This document shows positions 39,881 to 45,230 of a stretch of 45,230 nt of DNA, in pieces (positions within the stretch are counted from its first letter, which is position 1; every line of letters begins with the position of its first letter). A program made the translations under genes and the position numbers. Under the pieces are notes generated by a model. That model did no database searches, had not been told where the DNA came from, and saw nothing but the letters and a program-made list of their open reading frames with translations. The stretch is taken from IMG/VR virus record IMGVR_UViG_3300009093_000022; one strand, 5' to 3'. Source of the stretch: a virus.

Positions 39881-41046
39881 CGGATGCGGCGCCCACGGAT
39901 TCGTCCATTACACGTCGCGGTGCTGGTGGTAATGCCGGCGCTTGCAACGAGATAAACTGTCGTCGTTGTCGAGAACGATTCACGTACTACCGGGGTGACG
40001 AGCGTGTCACCAAGACCAGCCCCGTTAGTGCCATCTTTCTGCATTGTCGTATCGAACGATCCCAGCGTAGCAGACGTGGTAGAGATACCGATCTCGGGGT
40101 TAATGAGAATTGTCGAGCCAGCCGGGACAAATTGAACGATACCTTGGATATCCCAATCGCCGGCTGTGAATGATGTGCTTGCACAGTTTGCCGTGACGTT
40201 ATTGGTCAGACTGGTACCAGTCGTCGCGGCCGGGTTGATAAATTCCCCGACACTCCCTGCGTTCGCATTGTCGTTTGTCGTCGTGCCGACGATGCCGGCG
40301 GTGCTCGACGGCGTGATTGCGCCAGTGAAGGTAAGCGCGCCCACGCTCGACCCAAACGCTGGATCTGCGCCGGTCGCGCCTACCAGAACTTGCCCGGTCG
40401 TGCCAACGGCCAACTGGTTGATCGCACTAGTCCCCTCGCCGACCAAAACCCCGTGTGCGGTGAGCGTCTGACGACCGGTACCGCCCTGAGCAACGGATAG
40501 CGCAGTCGTGAGGCCGGACAAGCTCGTGATATTGGCATTCGCTCCGGATGTAGCGACCGAAGAATTGCATCCGAATCCCGATCCATTCGTCCACTGAAGC
40601 GCTTGCGCGGCACCATTGCATCCGGTGACGGTCACGGCAGCAACGTTCGCGGTCGATCCTGTCGCGTTGCCGAGCAACGTATTAGCGGCGATCTGAGCGA
40701 TGTTCGAAAGAGTGATGCCGTTTGTCAGGCTCTGAAACGAATAGGTGCCAGCGCCAATACGCGTCAGGAATCCGGTGCTGGAGAATCCGGTGATGTTGTC
40801 GAGTGACGTTCCGCTGGCTGTCGATGCATTCGTGCCGCCATTGGCAACTGGAACAATCCCCGTCAAGGCGGTCGCAGATATGCTGCCCCACGCCGGGGCG
40901 CTTGACGCACCGCTGGAGATGATCGCCTGTCCTGCCGACGACCCAGCCGGGTTGAGCAACTGAACCGGGTTCAGTGTCGTCCCGAAGGATACGCTCGAGA
41001 CAAGCACCAGAAGTGCGGTAAGGATTCGTTTCATGGCGAGCCTCAT
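39877..41046 (-). CDS. Signal-peptide-bearing tail-fibre-like protein
   Basis: 389 aa. N-terminus MKRILTALLVLVSSVSFG is signal-peptide-like. It has fibre-like motifs VANGGTNAST and VAQGGTGRQT and a C-terminal globular region with GDWDIQG. ATGA overlap with the holin stop. Confidence 0.55.
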   Translation of the reverse strand: MRLAMKRILTALLVLVSSVSFGTTLNPVQLLNPAGSSAGQAIISSGASSAPAWGSISATALTGIVPVANGGTNASTASGTSLDNITGFSSTGFLTRIGAGTYSFQSLTNGITLSNIAQIAANTLLGNATGSTANVAAVTVTGCNGAAQALQWTNGSGFGCNSSVATSGANANITSLSGLTTALSVAQGGTGRQTLTAHGVLVGEGTSAINQLAVGTTGQVLVGATGADPAFGSSVGALTFTGAITPSSTAGIVGTTTNDNANAGSVGEFINPAATTGTSLTNNVTANCASTSFTAGDWDIQGIVQFVPAGSTILINPEIGISTTSATLGSFDTTMQKDGTNGAGLGDTLVTPVVRESFSTTTTVYLVASAGITTSTATCNGRIRGRRIR

Positions 41047-41612
41047 TGGTTGTTGGTCGGCGTAGATTTCGCGAGCAGTTCGTTGACTTGACCCGTGTCG
41101 CTTGTCGAGCCGAACCAGAAGTGAACGACCACGAGCCAGACCGTTCCGAGCGTGCCGGTTGCAGAGTAGATAAGCGCCTTGCTGCCGTCAGGGACTTGCA
41201 TCAGGAACAGGGCAGCGAGCAGTCCGAAGAAGCCGAACGTGATCAGGAACGTCAGCCACGCGGGAACAATCGACCTGTTCTTGGTCTGCATGTCGCGCGC
41301 GCTGATCGTGTCCTGCACCTTCAGCGAGGCCAGCGTCTCGACGTCCTTGAACCCAGCCTGTGCCATCGCCAAGGCGTAGTCCTGATCAGCCTTGCGCATC
41401 GCCGCCAGTTGCTCGGGCGTCGCACCGCTGATCGCCGCGGCGATATCGTTCTGCCGATCATCTGTCGATGCGTCGGGCTTGGGTGTGAGGCCGAAAACAG
41501 CCTCAAGCGCCGCAAGTCCACCGCCCACCAGCGGGCCGCCAAGTACGGTTCCGATCGTCGGGGCAAGCTTCTCGACGACGTTGAGTGCATCTGTCCAACC
41601 GCTCATGGTCAT
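41043..41612 (-). CDS. Holin (3-TM, GTA-type holin-like)
   Basis: 189 aa. Soluble N-terminal part, then three hydrophobic segments (IVPAWLTFLITFGFFGLLAALFLM, ALIYSATGTLGTVWLVVVHFWF). Directly after the endolysin gene. Confidence 0.6.
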   Translation of the reverse strand: MTMSGWTDALNVVEKLAPTIGTVLGGPLVGGGLAALEAVFGLTPKPDASTDDRQNDIAAAISGATPEQLAAMRKADQDYALAMAQAGFKDVETLASLKVQDTISARDMQTKNRSIVPAWLTFLITFGFFGLLAALFLMQVPDGSKALIYSATGTLGTVWLVVVHFWFGSTSDTGQVNELLAKSTPTNNQ

Positions 41613-42142
41613 GCTCCTTTCAATGCATCAGTTGCCAGCGCAAGCAGCGCTTGGCGATCTGCGTAGCCATTCAGACCACCGTTGATGCGACGGGTGATCG
41701 TCTCGAAATCGCCCGCATCGGCAAGATCGTTCAAGCCGTGTACGTTCCAGAACCAAGCAGCAGAGAGCGCGGCATTCGATGGTTCTTGGAGCAACTCCGG
41801 GCATGACACGAAATCGATGCCGAGTGCATCGCTGGCTTTCTGGTAATTCACCCGCCCGGTGATCTGGATGAGGCCCCGACCCATGAATCGAATGCCGTCA
41901 CCTGGTTGCGTGTTACCGAGATCGGCTCGCCCTTCGTATCCAGCCTGAGCGGCGGTCGGCCCCCACAGTTCGCGGACGTAGACAAGCCGCCCACTCTCGT
42001 GACCGATCTGTGCCAGAAACGCTGCCTGCCGCGCGCTGCTGCTGATATCCCAAAGCGCCATGGCGGCGCTGATCGGATCAGCCCACTCCTGAGCTCGCGA
42101 GACAGAAATACCAAGCGCGGCAGCTAGTGTTTCCGGCGTCAT
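41609..42142 (-). CDS. Endolysin, glycoside hydrolase family 19 type
   Basis: 177 aa. FLAQIGHESG...GRGLIQITGRVNY...AAWFW is a classic GH19 pattern. Confidence 0.85.
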   Translation of the reverse strand: MTPETLAAALGISVSRAQEWADPISAAMALWDISSSARQAAFLAQIGHESGRLVYVRELWGPTAAQAGYEGRADLGNTQPGDGIRFMGRGLIQITGRVNYQKASDALGIDFVSCPELLQEPSNAALSAAWFWNVHGLNDLADAGDFETITRRINGGLNGYADRQALLALATDALKGA

Positions 42143-42444
42143 GACTTCTGCCTTTCGGTGAGAATTTTCAGGATGCGTTCTTCAAATGCCAGCACCTTTT
42201 CTTCGAGAGAGATGATCTTCCCGAGCATTTCCTCGATCATAGTTGCCGACTCTTCTTGCACCATCAGCATCACTGCGCCTGCCACCGTTGCCTCGATCGA
42301 CAGGATCAGGTTCGTCGATCCGAATTCATGGTCGTAACCACGAAACCAGTGAAGCGCCAGAGACGTGCCGATAAAAACGCAGAGCAACTTCAAAAAGTTG
42401 CGCGGCTTTCTGATGGTCAGATAGAAGCGCAGGATCGGATTCAC
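42139..42444 (-). CDS. Two-TM small membrane protein (lysis-associated?)
   Basis: 101 aa. Hydrophobic segments LLCVFIGTSLALHWF and LILSIEATVAGAVMLMV, then a coiled C-terminus. GC is lower than in its surroundings. Confidence 0.5.
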   Translation of the reverse strand: MNPILRFYLTIRKPRNFLKLLCVFIGTSLALHWFRGYDHEFGSTNLILSIEATVAGAVMLMVQEESATMIEEMLGKIISLEEKVLAFEERILKILTERQKS

Positions 42445-42722
42445 TTGTCTGCCTTAGTGTTGATGAGCGCCACGATGTCATCGAGCTTCTTGAAAACAGC
42501 TTTTTCGAAATCGCGATGCTCGACCTTCATCTGGTAGTGCTCAGCGACGTGTGCTTTGTATTCGAGAAACTTCTTCTCCAGTTCGTCGACCTTCTCGTGC
42601 GCGCTCTCCGTCGCCTCTTTCGAATGGTCAGAATGCCGGTCGAATCGGTTGAAAATCCACATCACGATCGATCCGATGATCGCGGAGATGATGTAACCTG
42701 CGCCGCCGTCGAAATTGAACAT
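42441..42722 (-). CDS. Single-TM small membrane protein with coiled-coil tail (holin/antiholin or spanin-like?)
   Basis: 93 aa. N-terminal TM YIISAIIGSIVMWIF followed by a charged helical region. GC is lower than in its surroundings. Confidence 0.5.
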   Translation of the reverse strand: MFNFDGGAGYIISAIIGSIVMWIFNRFDRHSDHSKEATESAHEKVDELEKKFLEYKAHVAEHYQMKVEHRDFEKAVFKKLDDIVALINTKADK

Positions 42723-42745
42723 GCGATACCCCGTTGGTCTATGGT

Positions 42746-45175
42746 TTATTCAAGCGACGCCCGCCAGTTGAAACTGATGTTCACCCCCGGATTGACGTCG
42801 CAACTCACGGTGAAGGTCGTCGCAGTAACTGCGCTAATCCATGTGCTCTTCGCAGATCCAACCCCGGTCGTCATGCAAAACTGGATCTGGTTGATGCTCG
42901 GCGTAATCAACAGGCCGTGATTGATCGTGACCGACGTAGATCCATTCGGGATGGTTCCGTTACCCAGGCTTACGTTTTGCGGATATTTGATGGCGCCACT
43001 GCCGGCGAAGATGACGGTGCCAGATGTGCCATCCGTTACGATTCGATCGGCGATATAAAGCGTATTGCCAGCGGCAATATTGAAGAGCGCGAACGATGCT
43101 GCGAGCAGATCCCAATTTTTTACGCGCGCATGCGAAACGTTAATCGTGTTGCCCGTAGCGGCGCCGTCGATCAAGAGAAGACCGTGAGCCAGTTGCTCAC
43201 CATTCAGGCCGATGAAATCGATGCGGCAATTGTTCCCTCGGATACGCGCGTTGTACCCGTTGGAAGTTGCCGGAGACGGCCCGTATGAAATGATATTCGT
43301 GAACTGCGCTGTCACGCCGCTCGTAACAGTACTATCGACCACGAGCCAGTTCTGGCACTGATCGAAGTCCAGGTTGATGCCCTGCAACTTGTTGACTGTA
43401 CCTGTCGAGTTCTGCGCAATGAAGAACCCGTTAAGGTTGAAGATGCTGAAAATGTTCGAGAAGAACGGGTTGTCGCAACGGTTGAGCGCGAAGCATGTCG
43501 AATTGGCGGTTTGCCATCCCGTGACGTTCGGATCGTTGTACCAGAACGGCCAGTTGTGCCATTGGTCGACATGGAGAACATCCTCCATCACGTCGACACG
43601 CAAACCGATGTTGAGGAACTGCCCGCGGACGTTGTAGAACATCCCACGCACGCCGCCGCCGTTGAGTATCTCGATCCCGTTATACGGGTTCAGCAGCATC
43701 ACATCTTCCATCAACGCTTCGGCGTTGTTGAAGATGAAATCGAAGTCGAATACCGTTGGTGTCCAACCGACCCCAATCGCGTTGGTATGCTTGCGCTGAG
43801 TTCCAATCTTGGAAAAACGTACCGTAGTGATGAAGCCGCCATCGCCACGGACAGCGTTGAAGCCAATGCTAGGATGATCGAGAAGAAACCAACTACCCGC
43901 CCCCTGATTGTTATACGGCCCGACAGAAGTATAAGGAACGGTGCCCTCACCCACGATCGTAAGACCAGACGTGATCGTGATGGTCGACGTGAGACGATAA
44001 TTCGTCGACACGGCTGGAACAAAAAGCGCCATCACACCACTACCAGTCGCCCACGTGACAGCGGCTTGAACAGCCGCCGTGTCGTCGGTTGCTCCATCTC
44101 CTTTTGCACCGAACTGCTTAATCGAAACCATCCCAGTCGCTTCAAGCAACCACCGCCCGGCTCCTCCCGCAGCAGCCAGGACGGTACCACCGTTGACCGT
44201 GGCAGATGACGTCGAACTGTAGTAGTACGCGCCACCTCCACCATCACCGGCTGCGTAGTAGCCAGTCGCGAAGCAACGCGTATAGACGGCAACATTCAAT
44301 CCACTGATGGCCGCGACGTTGTCGACGACGCGGTTTAGGATGTTGCCCCATGTCAATTGAGCATCGCCCACGGATTGACTGGGCGGGATACTTACCGACA
44401 GCGTAGTGCCGCCAACGATATAGACCTTATTCACTCCCACAGGGATTGGAGACGTGAAAGTGATCTGCGTACCATTCAGCGAATATTGGTCGGTACCTTG
44501 GTAGTTCGTATCAAAATGAACACTAACGTTGGCCGGCGTACCGTATGCCTGAGACAACGTCAGCGTCGTCGTGACGCCCGGCGTGAAATTTGTGCCTGCT
44601 ACGAATGGCCCTTCGCTAATGAGGTTGCCAGCCCCCACGCTGGCGGTGATCGGATAAGTGGTCGCATTGCCGCTGACGTCGAATCCGACAAGCTGACTGG
44701 CGCGTGCCGCAGCATTCGGCAGAACGAGGTTCTTCGGCGTGGCCGAGATCGGAACAGTCAGAGCGAGGCCAAGCTGTTGAGCCAGTTGCTGGGTCTGCAT
44801 CGTCAAGTAGTCGAGTGCGTTCTCGACCACGTTAGGATAGAACCCGGACTGGTTCACCAGATCGGAAAGCTGCTGATACGTGACGATGCGCTGGATCGTC
44901 AGACTCGTGCCGGTTGCGATCGGGCTGCCGACTAGGGGATAGGTGATTGCGCCACCGACAGCAGACCCGATGCCGGTCACGCTGTACGTGCTCGGATTGA
45001 GCAGAGTGACGGTACCCGTTGTGTCGGTGTAGTAGACGAACAGTTCAGACGCGAGCGGTACGGGGAACGTGAAAGAGAAGCTCGTGGTGAGCCCATTCCC
45101 CTGCACAACGACAGTGTTCGAAGTAGTCGAGATCGTCAAGGCATACCCCTTTTGGGCATTGCCTTGCGACCGCAC
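42746..45175 (-). CDS. Tailspike / tail fibre with pectate-lyase-type beta-helix (polysaccharide depolymerase candidate)
   Basis: 809 aa. Conserved fibre N-terminal domain, then SIKQFGAKGDGATDDTAAVQAAV, typical of pectate-lyase-3-type tailspikes. The real start may be TTG 45139 (AAGGGG upstream) rather than GTG 45175. Confidence 0.8.
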   Translation of the reverse strand: MRSQGNAQKGYALTISTTSNTVVVQGNGLTTSFSFTFPVPLASELFVYYTDTTGTVTLLNPSTYSVTGIGSAVGGAITYPLVGSPIATGTSLTIQRIVTYQQLSDLVNQSGFYPNVVENALDYLTMQTQQLAQQLGLALTVPISATPKNLVLPNAAARASQLVGFDVSGNATTYPITASVGAGNLISEGPFVAGTNFTPGVTTTLTLSQAYGTPANVSVHFDTNYQGTDQYSLNGTQITFTSPIPVGVNKVYIVGGTTLSVSIPPSQSVGDAQLTWGNILNRVVDNVAAISGLNVAVYTRCFATGYYAAGDGGGGAYYYSSTSSATVNGGTVLAAAGGAGRWLLEATGMVSIKQFGAKGDGATDDTAAVQAAVTWATGSGVMALFVPAVSTNYRLTSTITITSGLTIVGEGTVPYTSVGPYNNQGAGSWFLLDHPSIGFNAVRGDGGFITTVRFSKIGTQRKHTNAIGVGWTPTVFDFDFIFNNAEALMEDVMLLNPYNGIEILNGGGVRGMFYNVRGQFLNIGLRVDVMEDVLHVDQWHNWPFWYNDPNVTGWQTANSTCFALNRCDNPFFSNIFSIFNLNGFFIAQNSTGTVNKLQGINLDFDQCQNWLVVDSTVTSGVTAQFTNIISYGPSPATSNGYNARIRGNNCRIDFIGLNGEQLAHGLLLIDGAATGNTINVSHARVKNWDLLAASFALFNIAAGNTLYIADRIVTDGTSGTVIFAGSGAIKYPQNVSLGNGTIPNGSTSVTINHGLLITPSINQIQFCMTTGVGSAKSTWISAVTATTFTVSCDVNPGVNISFNWRASLE

Positions 45176-45230
45176 GAGCTACAACGTGGAATGTGTTCCC
45201 GGCGTGCGCAAGTTGTGGATTACTGATTTC
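45108..45230. repeat. Terminal direct repeat copy B (identical to 1..123)
   Basis: Exact 123-nt identity with the window start. Confidence 0.95.

Larger units (their letters stand above)
1..45230. mobile_element. Complete temperate phage genome (podovirus-like), circularly closed contig
   Basis: Full set of modules is present: immunity switch, replication, terminase, portal, capsid, tail, ejection, tailspike, lysis, int/xis. The first 123 nt are repeated at the end. The gene order is only continuous when the ends are joined. Confidence 0.8.

Noticed and set aside
42746-45175. Possibility of a diversity-generating retroelement, since the structural genes recall BPP-1-type podoviruses
   Set aside because: No reverse-transcriptase-like ORF exists anywhere in the window. 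I saw no template/variable repeat pair near the 3' end of the tailspike or the fibre-like gene.

Overview
The window looks like a complete, circularly closed genome of a temperate, podovirus-like phage. It is about 45.1 kb of unique sequence with high GC. Bases 1..123 are repeated exactly at 45108..45230, and the repeat lies inside coding sequence, so it is a closure overlap and not an att site.

Layout:
- Lytic programme on the minus strand. It starts at a Cro-like gene (27178) and runs leftward through a cII-position regulator, replication genes (DUF1376/DnaT-like, lambda-P-like), NinG, two regulators, TerS/TerL, portal, scaffold, capsid and decoration protein. It continues through tail adaptor/nozzle-like proteins and three internal-virion/ejection proteins (SLT-domain protein; 1859-aa giant with an HExxH motif). 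After wrapping across the contig ends it continues with a pectate-lyase-type tailspike, a lysis cassette (GH19 endolysin, 3-TM holin) and a signal-peptide fibre-like protein.
- Plus strand. A CI-like repressor (27270) is followed by an AT-rich moron with its own terminator. A near-consensus promoter then drives a long early operon (28042..37579) of small ORFs. This operon includes a pentapeptide-repeat protein, Rad52-like annealase, NinB, a C5-cytosine methyltransferase, a Lar-like restriction-alleviation protein, HNH, Ea22-like proteins and Xis.
- Int (minus strand), a putative attP and an acyltransferase-3 gene (candidate O-antigen conversion) close the map.

Most noteworthy observations:
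1. The methyltransferase locus has coding-like signal in two overlapping frames.
2. The pentapeptide-repeat gene is built from 19 almost perfect 15-bp tandem units.
3. A 117-nt element is closed by a 23-bp long-range stem.
4. The moron sits at the position lambda uses for rex.
5. Many unannotated, translationally coupled micro-ORFs encode single-TM peptides.
6. A secreted fibre-like protein is coupled to the holin gene.
7. A GT-A glycosyltransferase-like gene sits inside the head module.

All functional calls come from reading the translated ORFs and motifs by eye. No database search was run.
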